Notes under the pieces: generated by a model
Database searches by the model: none
What the model saw: only the letters and a program-made list of their open reading frames with translations
Told to the model about the DNA's origin: nothing
Assembly (NCBI RefSeq): GCF_008831285.2
Contig: NC_045138.2
Coordinates: 19,468,001 to 19,532,000, forward strand
Source: Nymphaea colorata
Lineage: Eukaryota
Reading direction: 5' to 3'
Length of the DNA stretch: 64,000 bases
Made by a program: the position numbers and the translations under genes
Shown here: positions 38,601 through 51,200 of the stretch, piece after piece
Position numbering within the stretch: position 1 is the stretch's first letter
Layout of the letters: every line of letters starts with the position of its first letter

Positions 38601-41600
38601 ACAACAGACAATAATGCCACCTAAGACAAAACACGGTCAGAATATGATATCATGAAGAGATTTCAATAAACTTCCAAGTTATAACCAAATACATCATGAT
38701 TTGAAGCATAGTCACAAAAAACTTTCTCGGGTTTTAAACAGCAGGTAATAATACAGCACGCTTTAAAAAAACAGAAAAATAAGGTATATTTTAAAATAAT
38801 TGAAAAAACTAAAAATGAGGAAAAAATAAAATAAGTGGGAAACTAATAACACAAACATCAAAAAATAAGTAAATTTAAAACAAATAAAAATTAGAAAATG
38901 AAAAATAAAATGCATTAAAAAAACGTAAAAAAATGAATAAAACAAAAAACACAAAAAAAGGAAAAACATGTGTTTTTTGTGTGTTCTTTTCATTTTAAAT
39001 TTTTTTCAAAACAACGGAATTTTTTTTAGTTTTAAACGGCTAATTTATTTTTTGTGTTTTTTTTTTTTTTTTTGAAAAAAAACACGTTTATTGTGACTAT
39101 GATATTTGAACTTTGAAATACAAAGTCACAAACATTGTTTTAAGACTCAGTGACATGGGACTCGATTAGTTCATTCTTGACTCATGACTTGGTGGGTCAA
39201 CTCGGTGGTTTGGGCTGGGTTTTGTTAACTACTAAACAATATATAACTTGCCATTTATATGCATAAAAAAGTTGTAAAATGACTTGAATACATGTATAAT
39301 TCATACCATCAAGAAATAACTAAGTTATATTACTCTTTTGATAACAAGAAATTGGACAATTAAGCTACTGCTCCTAATCTATAATCACATATTACAAAAA
39401 AAATTATGTGGCAAGAATTAATATACCAATGAAAAACAAGTCAATACAAATCAAACACTAAGATTAATATATTTGATATTTACAACAATTATTAACAAAT
39501 TCGACATGTATGTTAATATTATGTAAAAATAAAAATCCCAAAGTAACAAGTCCAAGGTTTTAAAAATTGAAATAAATACACCGTACAAGAAGATAAGCCT
39601 AATTAGCTTTAACTTTTCATTTGTAATATGCAAACTTAATAAATGAGAAACAATTCTAAATTCTTATAATTCAATAAGTTAGAAGATTCATGTCAAAAAA
39701 AATTAAGTAATTAATAAACAAATCACCTTGTTAATTACAAAACACAAAATTCATCACTGGACTACATTGAGTCAAACGAGTTTTGGCCGAGTCAAGCTGA
39801 GTCAGGCCGTGTAATGCTGAATTTCAACGAAAAACAAGTCCTCCTACTGGGTTTACCCAATAAAGGGCTAAATCAATGAGTTGACCGGGCGAGTTTTTAA
39901 AAACAAACAAAAAATAAGTTATAAGGTTGATGCACTACAACTACTTCCAAGCATATTGCTATGGTATGGAGCTGCCTGAAGGAAAAAAAGGAAAATGACT
40001 TACTGAATCATTTTTCTCGCTGGCATCTGCCTCATGAAGTGCAGCACTGGACTCAGACTGTAGTTCATGCTGCAATCCACACAGAAGTTCATCAGGTGAC
40101 CTGCCTCTAAGAGAACCCACATTCTCTTCTCTCTCAGAAGGGACTTTGATGATGTTAGACTCTTTAAGTTCTGTGATTACAGCTTTCTTTTTACGTTGAT
40201 AAGGAGGTGACAAGAACGATCCTTCAATTGAAGAAAGAGAAGACATAATGTTCTCCTTTTCATCTGAAAGTGAATCTATGCAGCATTTTTCATATCTATG
40301 CAATGGCGAGGCACAAGATGAATCATTAATTGCTTCTGATCCTAGTGGTTCATTCTTATGCTCTGTCAATGGTGTTGATGATTCTCGTTGCCTTTTTTTC
40401 AAGATGGAAGGTGGGCATATAAAGCTCTTAGCAGCATGCTTCAGAAAGATGTCGGGACTCTTGTCACGAGATGGTGAATCCCATAATTTATATGGTGAAC
40501 AGTTAACAGAAATCATCATCTGTCGTATCCCAAGTGGGCTGTAAGCTTGTTGCATGTCACATCCAGATGGGATCAAATCACAGTTCACAAATGGAATTTC
40601 CAAGCGAGGTGGCTCATAAAACAGAGAACCTGTATCTTCAATTTTAACTTGTGGAGTAGAGGTTGCATTAAAATCTGAACTGGAACCTGGCTGCTCCACC
40701 TGGGTTGGCTCTGGAATAGATAAGTTTTCATCATTCTCCATGGATGGACAACTATTGGAGTGATTACTAGCATGAGTTTGATTCCTGGGGACACTATCAG
40801 ATGCAGGACCATCATATACCAATGCAAGAGCATCTTGAAACTTGTTGGATGTCTCTCCAATGTCAGCATTTAAATAATTATTGCATGTGACATTAGTGCC
40901 ACCTGAATCATAAACAATTGATGGAAAACCAGCTGACATTGCTAAATTTTGACGGCAAGAACTTACAATTTCATCACAGCTAGATGACTGGTAGTTTTGT
41001 AAACATGAAGTCAAAATATTCTCTGCATCAGAAGTCCTGAAGACAGATTGGTCTACAAATGAAGCCATGAAACCAAGTAAATTTGCATTTTCATTTTCTT
41101 CGACATGAGAGTTTGAAAAGAAATCCTCAACCTCTGAGAAGTCACCTTTAAAATGATCATCTGCTAAATTAGAAACTTTATTCTCCTGTCTCTCAGAGCC
41201 AACAAGCATTCCACAAAATGATGTACCAGTATTAAAACCATTAGAACATGCCAAGTCATTTGCATAGGCATCATTTCCACATGGTACCCAAGTGTGTGGG
41301 ACCTTAAAAGGATCAGGTGAGGCTTGAATAACATCCAAAAACGAAGTTGCAGGAAACTCTTCAAGGTTCATGTTGTAATTCCTACTGGCAAAATCACCAG
41401 AGGGTTGCACTATATTTCTGTCCGTGATAGTAGCAGTCACAGCCAGTTCACCAGAAGACCTATCAGATGAAATACACGCAGTTGTTCCCTGTGAAAATGT
41501 TTGAGGCACTTCAGCAGATTTATATGGAACTTTATCCTGAACAACCTTTAGGCTTCTGGCCTTTCCTGCGTTAATACTGTTTAATGACTCCTTTGCAACT

Positions 41601-44600
41601 TGGACTGCAGCTGCATTCTTTAGCCCGTGGATATCGGAATGATGGCCTTCAGCAGATGTAGAAGCCTGACTGCACTCTGACATCTCATTGACAGCAATGT
41701 CATCATTGGCACTCTCAAACCCTGAGTTCTGCTGGTTGATAACAGAAGTTGATGAAATGCACTTGTCTGATGGTTCCACAACAGGAAGACCCTGGAACTG
41801 ATTAAGAAGACCTGAAGCCAAATAAGAATCAAGTTTCTTTTTCAAAGAGCTATTCCAGTGATTCTTTATTGCATTGTCCGTCCTGAAATAACAAAAGCAC
41901 TAAGAATTCAGCGGTCAAAATGGTATGTCAGGAAATTTTGTAAGATTAAAATGGTCAGCTTAAAGGCTCATGAATGACCTCCCAGGTAAAAATTTAGCTA
42001 GCTCCGCCCACTTGTTCCCGTAAATTTGATGGGCTCGAATAAGTGCAAGCTCTTCTTCCTCTGTCCATGGGTCCCTGTTTATAGCTGGATTCAGGTGATT
42101 ATGCCATCTGTAAGATCAGCAATATGCATCAATACATGCTTCAAAAAATTGTGATCTAAAGAAATTAAAGAAAGGATAAAAAAGAAGGGTTCTCATTCTC
42201 ATAAGCAAAAAGTGAAGCACAAAGTGTAACAACCTGACCCACTCCCACACTGGGTTAGGGCCCTTGATCACCCTTCCCCCACACCACCAACCCCCAACCT
42301 CCTCCTCTAGCAGCTTACGCTCAAACCCAAAAATGTTAAGAACTATACAACCAATCACTTAGCAAACCCCTTTATAAGTCCCTCAAGATTCTTCACAATC
42401 TTAGATACGGGACTAAATTTTTTAGGTGTTACACAAAGATTGACTCAATCAAGACCGGTATGGAAAGAAATAGATTATGAAAATGTAAAGGTTAAGGCAT
42501 ATGGCTATACATGCTAGGTAGAAAAGGCATCAGTAAAATACATTATAAGAGCTAAAAGCATACATCAAACAAGCAGTAAAATCATTAACGAACTTCCAAT
42601 TTACCTCTCACGACATTGTTTACCAATGCGCCCAGGTAATGCTTGTGCTATAGTTGACCACTTTTTTGCCCCATACTTATTAACAAGCTCGACTATCATG
42701 TCATCCTCCTATTTAATAAATGACAAAAAATGGATTAGCAGAAGGAGGAATAAATTAAAAGTAATAAACCAAAGGCTAAAAATAGGAATATAGTAGTCAA
42801 TGAACCTCTTTTGACCATGGCCCTTTCACAAGTTCAGGATTCAAAACTTTCTGCCACCTATGCAAGCATTGGACATCTGTCCGGTCCTTAAAGAACTCAG
42901 CTGTTTAAAAGCAATAAAAGAACCATAATCAATTAATTCCAACAAGTAGGTTCTCTGAATGATTTAATACGATCTTCAACTCAATTCAATCATAATTGTA
43001 GTCACACCTATTCTTTTCCAGTTTTTCCCTTTAAAGCACTGAACAGCTTTCCTCAATATTTCATCCTGCAAGAAAAATATTGTGATTATTACTTCCATCA
43101 TAAAAAAGAATATGTTTCAGAGCTCTTTCTTTATACGAGTGTGCATGACAGCATATTCATGTAATTTCCCTATACAGTTTCTAGTCGATGCACGTGCAAG
43201 CCACCAATAGCTCCAATCAGTCTCAGTACTTCAGTAACAAAAAGTTCAGATACATATATGAAAACTGCGCAGAAATAAGTTTCTAAGGGCCGATGTGGTT
43301 TTGCATGTGTTGTGGGGTATGCTATCTAGAACTGATGGTGTGTTTGTGTGTGTGGTATGCCTATCTAGAACCGATGGTGTGTTTGTGCGTGTGGCATGCC
43401 TATCTAGAACCGATGGTGTGTTTGTGCATGCAATATGCCTATCTTCAGCAGCTGCCGCTGATTGGTCATCACCCACAAATCCATTTGGTCAGACACTTTT
43501 TCTTTAAGGTCCTTTTCATTTTTTTGGCTACATTTAAGAAAACATCACCAGGAAGGGGCACTGTGTGTGTGTGTGGGGTATGCTATCTAGAACCGATGGT
43601 GTGTTTGTGTGTGTGGTATGCCTATCTAGAACCGATGGTGTGTTTGTGCATGCAATATGCCTATCTTCAGCAGCTGCCGCTGATTGGTCATCACCCACAA
43701 ATCCATTTGGTCAGACACTTTTTCTTTAAGGTCCTTTTCATTTTTTTGGCTACATTTAAGAAAACATCACCAGGAAGGGGCACTGTGTGTCATAAATTTT
43801 CCTCTTAGTATTGTCAATGAAGGGAACGCTGACCAAATAAAATTACCTGAGATTGTTGTAGAACACTAATCTGATATATTGAGCTTCACATACAAAACAT
43901 GCTTATACCATAAACAACTACCAAGCAGCTAAAGAATAACAAGAACTTTTCAATTGTGTCTAGTCTGGTCCTTATCAGGAATGTATTATCTTACATGAAA
44001 CATTTTCAAGTAAGTTCTTAGGGTCCCAACTAAAGTTGAGTGGTAGACAAACCCAATATATCTGTCTCTTCTTCAAAAGCTCCAAACTCACTTCCCAAAA
44101 AAGGCATTTCAGTCCAGTGAACATAACCAACTTTACCAGATTATAGCAAAAATGCATCTAAAGCATCAAACAAAGTTACAACAGCCTATTCAGTTGGAGC
44201 AAACTATTTCATTTGGTCAAGGGAAGTTGAGGATGAATACATTCACAGAGCTAGACCTTACCTCTTCAGGAGTCCAACCACCCTTTGTGGATCTCCTAGT
44301 AGGACCACTAGTCCTCCTGTAAAAATGTCAAAATGTATTAGCAAAGAGGTATCACTTGTCATGCACAGATCTGAAAAATATCATGGTCTTCATTTATTAG
44401 GACCTAGTTAACTCCAATGAGACAGATTTATCTTCAATCAATCAGGCATTGCTTTCGACTAAAATGCACAGTCCAACCAGCTCAAGAATCAACGGCAAAA
44501 TTAATTGGCACACTATCATAGAAAATATAATGCTAAAATATCATGATGATCAAGCTAGCTGCTCATTCTCTCACATACAAAACAAATAACTCTATCGTTT

Positions 44601-45441
44601 TACCATCAATCAGCAGTAGAATGAAAACTATTTCAAACCTTCAGCTGTTCAGCTAAAACAAATACTTTTCAAAGGACCCATTGGTAGTCCCTAGAGAGGT
44701 TGCAGTAGGCTGAAGAGTCACACCCAAGGGGCCGATCTCACTTCTAGCCAGATAGATAATCAACAGCAACTAAAGGCTGGGGAACACCCAATTGCTTGCT
44801 CCTTTTCTCTTTTCCTTTAATCAGCAGCGAGTGAAGTGGCCATAGTGGCATCCGACCTGACTTGGCCCAGCACAAGCATTTTGTGGTGAGCATCAAAGAA
44901 AATTTCTGCATGTGTGGCAGTATGGATCTATATACAAAAATATTCATGTTTACGTATATGTGTGTAACAAAAAGACAAGTCCCCTTCCAGTTCAAGTTCG
45001 AAATGGAAAATACATTTCATAGTTCATCATTGCCATGAGCATGTCGGTACTATAGTTTTTGTTTGTTTGGCATACATACATTTTCATGTATATGACTAAT
45101 CAAGGGAGTGGGCCTCCACCCAAGCAATTCTCATGACCATGTATACGATCCAGGCCTTCCCTTAATGTAAAAACAAAGCCTTCAAACTCAACAAACCCAC
45201 AAGCAAGAGAATGGAGTGGAAAACATTTGATGACTAAACTGAGCAAGAACAAGAACAGCGAAAGTCAGTCTGGTGTGGGGGGTGAGGGGAGGAGGGGAGA
45301 GAGAGAGAGAGAGAGAGATTACCCAAGAGAAGTTCGAAGATTCTGGGTGGTACCCACACTCCCATCTGTAACAGCAACAGCACCAACTGGGGTGCTGCTG
45401 ACCTGACCATCAACGGGCCCTTTCATCTTTTTAGCACCCAT
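35603..45441 (-). CDS. MYB3R: R1R2R3-MYB transcription factor (MYB3R, long activator-type MYB3R1/4-like), 1098 aa, 11 coding exons
   Basis: Exons 45441-45323, 44316-44262, 43065-43008, 42900-42806, 42708-42605, 42107-41979, 41882-40004, 38403-38060, 36937-36820, 36376-36134 and 35755-35603 have GT-AG boundaries and total 3297 nt. Three MYB repeats are present: KGGWTPEED..NWKRIA..QCLHRWQKVLNP; KGPWSKEED..KWSTIA..GKQCRERWHNHLNP; PWTEEEE..NKWAELAK..TDNAIKNHWNS. C-terminal motifs LFYEPPR, YSPLGIRQ, PSILKKR, SPSAWKSPWF, YDALGLM, ERRVLDFSGC and SPTSYLMKGCR are typical of plant MYB3R. The start codon may lie further upstream (see findings). Confidence 0.95.
37479..38034 (+). repeat. 278-bp tandem duplication in a MYB3R intron
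   Basis: 37479-37756 and 37757-38034 are near-identical; duplicated ORFs at 37569 and 37847 in the track reflect this. Confidence 0.95.
38707..39101. mobile_element. MITE in a MYB3R intron
   Basis: Perfect 11-bp TIRs CATAGTCACAA / TTGTGACTATG flank an A-rich then T-rich body. A related left end occurs at 16374 (CATAGTCACAG..TCGGGTTTTAAAC). The TSD is imperfect. Confidence 0.75.
42225..42433. mobile_element. 209-bp solo LTR (TRIM-sized) in a MYB3R intron
   Basis: TGTAACA...TGTTACA termini with a perfect 5-bp TSD CAAAG on both sides. Confidence 0.85.
43311..43790 (+). repeat. Nested repeat in a MYB3R intron: ~39-bp minisatellite inside a ~220-260-bp tandem duplication
   Basis: The unit TGTGGTATGCCTATCTAGAACCGATGGTGTGTTTGTG occurs x3 in copy 1 (43311-43570) and x2 in copy 2 (43571-43790). 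Each set is followed by the same ~140-bp tail ending AGGAAGGGGCACTGTGTGT. Confidence 0.95.
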
Positions 45442-48400
45442 ATTTTGTCTCGCAGCTGCATGAATTACTCGTTAGGGAAGCTTACAACTTCAAATTCACG
45501 TGCCTCCATATCAAGCTTTACTTGTCTTCATTTTAAAATCAAATAACCGTGGAAAAGAACTAGAGACACAAAAACCGGGAAAGGGCATCGGACTAATGAA
45601 AGGAGAATCAAATAGACAAGTCAAATACAAACTTGAAGCTTGCCCTCAGAAGAAAAATGATAATCAGCATGCATATATTTGGATCAAATAGGAATAAGCG
45701 GACAATATGCACATGTAGCTGAGTTTGGTACCTTTTCTGAGATTAGCAAGCAATGCACCCTAACATAATGTCTGGATCTATCTAATTTGATACAGCTGAT
45801 ATCTAGAAAATATAGGAATTATATAACAACGGTTCCGGCACAAAGATAATCCTCAAGATGACACTGATCTTGAAAATGCCGCGATCTTAACCTGACAACA
45901 ATATAATAAGGCCAACTTTGTGTTCCCTATAGATGCTTTTTCTTTCTTACTCTTTTAACATTGTTGTTTGACTTTCCATGTTGGTTGGTACTATTGTTGA
46001 TATATATAAGCGATTCACCGAACAGCACAAATGTATAAACTATAAACAATCACCAGATTTTTTACATCTGAGAAAGATCCAGATACGGGATTTTGGGACG
46101 TCGGTTTGGATACATCCACTTACCTGGAAAATATCAGGCGATTGGGACATGGCAGCATGGTTTTACTGCGATATCCAAATTCATCCAACGGATCATAGCG
46201 CGATACCCCAATATATCCAGCTTCTTTCTGGATAAGTAGGTGCACACATACAAATCTAAAGACAAGAATCGAAAAAGAAAAATTGCAGGCATAAAGTGAA
46301 AAGGCCACATAAACCCTTTGAAACCAAAACGCTATAATGAGCAGAATTACGACAACAGTTGGGGAAGTCGATGGCAACTCACCTCCTCGGCTCTGAAATC
46401 ACCATATCAGTAGAAAATGCGGGCATATATTACATCTCAACACAATGTCGGTTCGTCTAAGCACAAAATCAGAGGCGCACCATAACAGCGAAGAATTCCC
46501 CGCGCACGGGAGGAAACCCTATTCAAATCGGCCACCAAAAAAGGCAAGAAAAAAAGGCAAAAGACAACGAATTCAGAGCCAGTGAAGCGACCGAAAACCC
46601 TGAGTCCCTCAGCAAACCTCGAACGAATAAAAAAAAAAGATTAGAAGAAGAAGGGAAATCTAGATGGAAGAAGATGAAGGAAAACCCTATTCGCTTTTAG
46701 AGATCGGAGAACAGAGAGGGTAATTGTTACCATTTGATGCTCGGATTACAAATCCCAAACCATAAATTCTTCTCTTGCTGCTTTTCTTCTTCCTCCTCAA
46801 GAACGATTTCCTCGATTCATCGGACGGCGTAAGTTCGAAGCGGAGCAGATATGCGGCCGTCCCAAAACATGAACGCTCGTCCGCCCTCCTTCATAATTTG
46901 AATGCAAAACGTATACCTACTGGCTGCTACCGGTCGTCTCCTTTTTTTCCACCGGTCGATCCGGTAACTGCATCGTTTGACTAAGATGGCAAGATTCGGT
47001 GTCGAGCGGGTCGGGTCGTAGTATATTCCTCAATATCCGAAACGGAAATAGGATTCGTTATAGGCGATCTCCGAATCCATTTATGGACAAGATCAGATCC
47101 GAAAGAAATCGTCCTGAGACGAACAGAACTGGGTCCGCCTGAGTTGTAAGAAATTTATCCGGGCCATGCATGAACTCCAAATTTTCATACCGGACCTTTC
47201 GATCCAAATTTCATACTTAGGATCCGGATTTTTTCTAAACACAACTGAGAAAATACCTTAGCAGTTCATTGGTTTGGTTATTTTACTCACTGACAGCAAG
47301 GAAGCAGTCAGGTTCTCAACATAAATCAGGTCCACTCTATCCTGGACCCAGTACTAGATCTGGATCCAGATCCAGAAAGCGACTCGTACAAAATTTGAAA
47401 AATAGTTGGATTTGGTCCGCATGAGAACTACATCCTATGCAGATCTTCGATCGGTTACTCTCTTTGAGCATTTGAAAATTTTGGATTCAGATAACGGATT
47501 CCTCCAGACCAGATCCATTTAGCACCTTTGTTTGAGCCTAAGCTTCCTTCTACCTCGTTTTTGAATTAGCTTTCCTTTTCTTTCTCGGGTTCAAACTTTT
47601 ATGTGTCCTTTATCTCGGTCCATGATATGTACGGACATTATTGGTTCGGGAACGTATTCTAGATCCGATCAATATGAGTTAATTTTTATCGCAATTCTAT
47701 TCGGTTTCGACCCGAATCTAACCCGAAGAGAGTTCGGATCCATCGACCACACCTTCGGGTTCTAGATATTTTACCAGCAAAGAAAATACGGATCCATTAT
47801 GAAGGTCTATTTTGCTTAAGCTTTCCAACATATTAACGTGGGACATGGACCAAATTCTGGATAATTGTGACAAAGATTTTGGATATTTTGTCCAGAACAA
47901 TAAATCCAAGGAGCTGGTTTCTAGTTCAAAATCTTAGGATCCTCTCCCATCAATGAATATCAACGTATTGAATTCAAACTATTGGCTTTAAATGGTGGGT
48001 GGTGGTTGCGGTGTATATTTGGTGATTAAATTTTGACTTAAGTGATATCTTTAATTTTAGTACCGTTATTTAATAGCGATATCATGCGGACCACCATGAA
48101 GGGTTCAAATTATGCAACAGTTTATATCGTAGGTTAGGTATTTCTCTAAATGGATCTGGGGCAGGGATGTGAATGGTCCGGTTCTCATATCTGGATTGAA
48201 GCAGATGGGTTGGATAAGAGGATTCACATCCCAATTGTATTGAGATGTTGATAGTGTATAGAGTTTATCTTTTTTTTCGTTACCGTGAGTAGTTTATTCC
48301 ACAGCTCCGAAGAGAGATCACTCTCTTTTCCCAGAGCCCATCATTCCTAAGGTTCGCAGAGCTTGCTTCGAAAACTATTACAGTCCAGAGAAGGAATGCG

Positions 48401-50105
48401 CTGGGTTGTAACTACAGATCTCTTGTGAAATCTCTTGTGAAATGGACCACCTTACCACCCAGCGGACTGCAACTTCTTATTAAATCATATGAATATCTGA
48501 TGTTGACGAACTATGCTATCTGATTTAATGTAAATATTCAAGTATGGTTTGTAATTCTAATTAAAATTTCTAATGTTTAAATTTGAATTTGACTTTGTGT
48601 CAAAGTAAGGAATGTTTTTGGTACACAAAATGGTATATCGGATCCAAATCAAGTCCATCAACATCATATTTAGTCCAAATTAATTGACCCACGCTTATGT
48701 GTCCTTGAGAGAGCATATGGTAAGAAAAACTTTGTGATTTTGGAATATGTGTTTTTGTAGCACGAATTTCAAAAACACTGTGTTGTTGTCTTAGGAACTC
48801 TGTGTGTTTCGTTGTTGGATCTAGAAACCATATCCATAATTGCTTCTTATTTCTTTATAACAAAAATATAGTGTATCAGTGAGCACTATAAAGAGTTCAA
48901 ATTTTGAAAGAAATCAACAAACAAAACAAATTATGTATGTGGGTGGCACATCCCAAAAAATTTAGGTGCGGCAGTGAGGTGAGGGTATTTTATTATGATT
49001 ATTATTACTAATTTATTATCTATATAATAGAATATATAAATATATATTATTATTACAATTTAATTATTAATGTATATAACATAGTTGAATAATTGTATTG
49101 AATAGAAAAATATCAGAACAACATATATTATATAAGTAATTTAATAATATGACATTTTAATTGGGCTAGAGTGTAGCCGCACCCATATCCAGTGCACACC
49201 CGACTCGATGCGACTCTGGTACAACAATAAAAATAAAAGAGTCCGAGTGACTTAATTTCCAACAACTTAATTTATAATGATCAAATCATGGAATCAATCA
49301 ACAATCTTTATCGTCATCACAGCTTTCCCGCTGTATAATATTTGTTTGCAGGTAACTATTTGATGTGCTTCTCTAATACCAGTAGATCCTTTACCAATTA
49401 GCAAAGAAAATTTATCTTTCGCGCAAAGGAAAATTTAGATTGCCTTGGAATATGGGAAAACAGCAGAGAGTACTCAGAAAGCAAGAATGACGAGAAGGAA
49501 TGGGGAAAATAAAAGGAATTAAAGACACCTCAAGTAAATTAATGGCAATAAATTTCATTCGATCTGGATTGATTTGCCCGAATACCAATTCTCCCATGCA
49601 CTTAATGATGAGAATTTCTCAAACTAAAACTTCTATTTGGACACAATCAAAAGTTATGTAAACCTCCCAAATAAGTTCTATTTCCTATCTTGACATAGAT
49701 TGTTAATAATAAGTCCAATATTCAAATACATGTTAATGATCTGGCTGTCAAAATTGTCAAAGAAATGCAGTAATTGATCGGCCAGAGACGGTTTTGAGGT
49801 AATTACTTTTGACAAATATTTTCAAACTAGCTTAATTTTTTTAGGGTGTCGTCTCCCTTTTCTATGTTACATAGACATACATTTTTTATAAAATCTAATG
49901 CAGTTCTGCTGTAACGAGGCTAACTTGAGCTCAATTACATACGTCCGAGGGGCTTGGCGCTCGTGGAGGTGCCAGCGGATGGTAAGTAGCTAGTCGTTTG
50001 TTCAAGCTCTGTAGGCGCCAACCTTCTTCTCTTGTTGAAAGTGTGCTACGATCCTGGGGGCAAGAGGGTTGTCTTACGTCTCTATCTTGAAAAGATAAAT
50101 GAACT

Positions 50106-50194
50106 TATGTTCAACTATCACTTGATCTCTTATAGCTCCAGCAAAAAGGTATGTTCAACTATCACTTGATCTCTTATAGCTCCAGCAAAAAGGT
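50106..50194 (+). repeat. 44-bp perfect tandem duplication
   Basis: TATGTTCAACTATCACTTGATCTCTTATAGCTCCAGCAAAAAGG x2. Confidence 0.9.
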
Positions 50195-50988
50195 TCGCGT
50201 AACGGTCAGGATGAGGGATGATAGGTATTCAATCCTCATTTTGAATCCTCATAGCATCAACTCTACTTGATACGCAAGTTGAAAACCCAAGCATAAAAAA
50301 CAGACTTTGTACCATAGAGGGACCAGCAGTTGGGTAGAAGGCTTTGGCTCACAACTGATACTCTCATAGCTCCTATCTTTGATATTCAAATTTGAATGGC
50401 CCTTTACCCTAAAGTTATTTTGCTGAATCAAGTCTGCTTTGGATCTTCATCATTATTGAAGTTTGGTTGTATTCATCATGCACTTGTTGTGATATATTGG
50501 ACTTGAACCACAACAGGAGCTGTGTTGCAGCTTGTGTGGGCAAAAAATTTACTTTATTTATTTATATAAATTTCATTAACTTTTAGTTTTTTTAAATATT
50601 TGTGTGCCCCTTAAAGTTTGAAATTCAAATTAGAGTGTCTCTTAGCTAGAAATTTCTTGCTCTGCTACTTACCTGAATGGATATTCAATCAACTTTACTT
50701 AGAAGGTGGGCTGAGAATAAAAAGACTGTTTTGCTTATGAAATTGGTCCACATGTGGATTACAAATTTAGTTTAATTCATTTAATTGTGGTTATGGATTT
50801 GAAGTGAGAAAACAATCAGAGTAGTTCTCGGTATACTCTCTTAATCGGATTCATTGTAATAATTTAATATGAAATTTAGATCTAATAGATATTATAACCA
50901 AATATGCACTCCAACACCCTTTTGAAATAAAAAAGTAAAAAAAAAAACAGCGAGTACTAACTATTAAGAAAAGTTCAAACACACTCCA

Positions 50989-51200
50989 AGGGGTTGTAGT
51001 GCACAGGATGCCAGGTCGTCCACCTCATTGAGAGATTTGAGTTCAAATTCGTTGATGGTCATTGTCATGTTTCAGTGCGTGTTTCCTATGTAACGTAATA
51101 GATCATGAAGCAAGTTCTTTGAACCCTAAAAGTGATGGGTATAAGGAGGGTTGTGGCCTCTCTCAAACATGGTGACACTCACATTTTAAAACAAGACAAA
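50989..51200 (+). mobile_element. tRNA-derived SINE-like element; related copy at about 48270-48480 on the minus strand
   Basis: A-box-like TAGTGCACAGG and B-box-like GAGTTCAAATTC. The internal block GAAGCAAGTTCTTTGAACCCTAAAAGTGATGGG matches GAAGCAAGCTCTGCGAACCTTAGGAATGATGGG in the minus-strand copy, which ends in an A-run. Confidence 0.55.

Noticed and set aside
43293..43808. 171-aa Cys-rich repetitive ORF
   Set aside because: It is a product of the intronic minisatellite, antisense to MYB3R.
47520..47960. Second plastid insertion
   Set aside because: The composition looks organellar, but no frame matched a plastid protein I recognise. It lies among GGATCC-rich MITE-like repeats.
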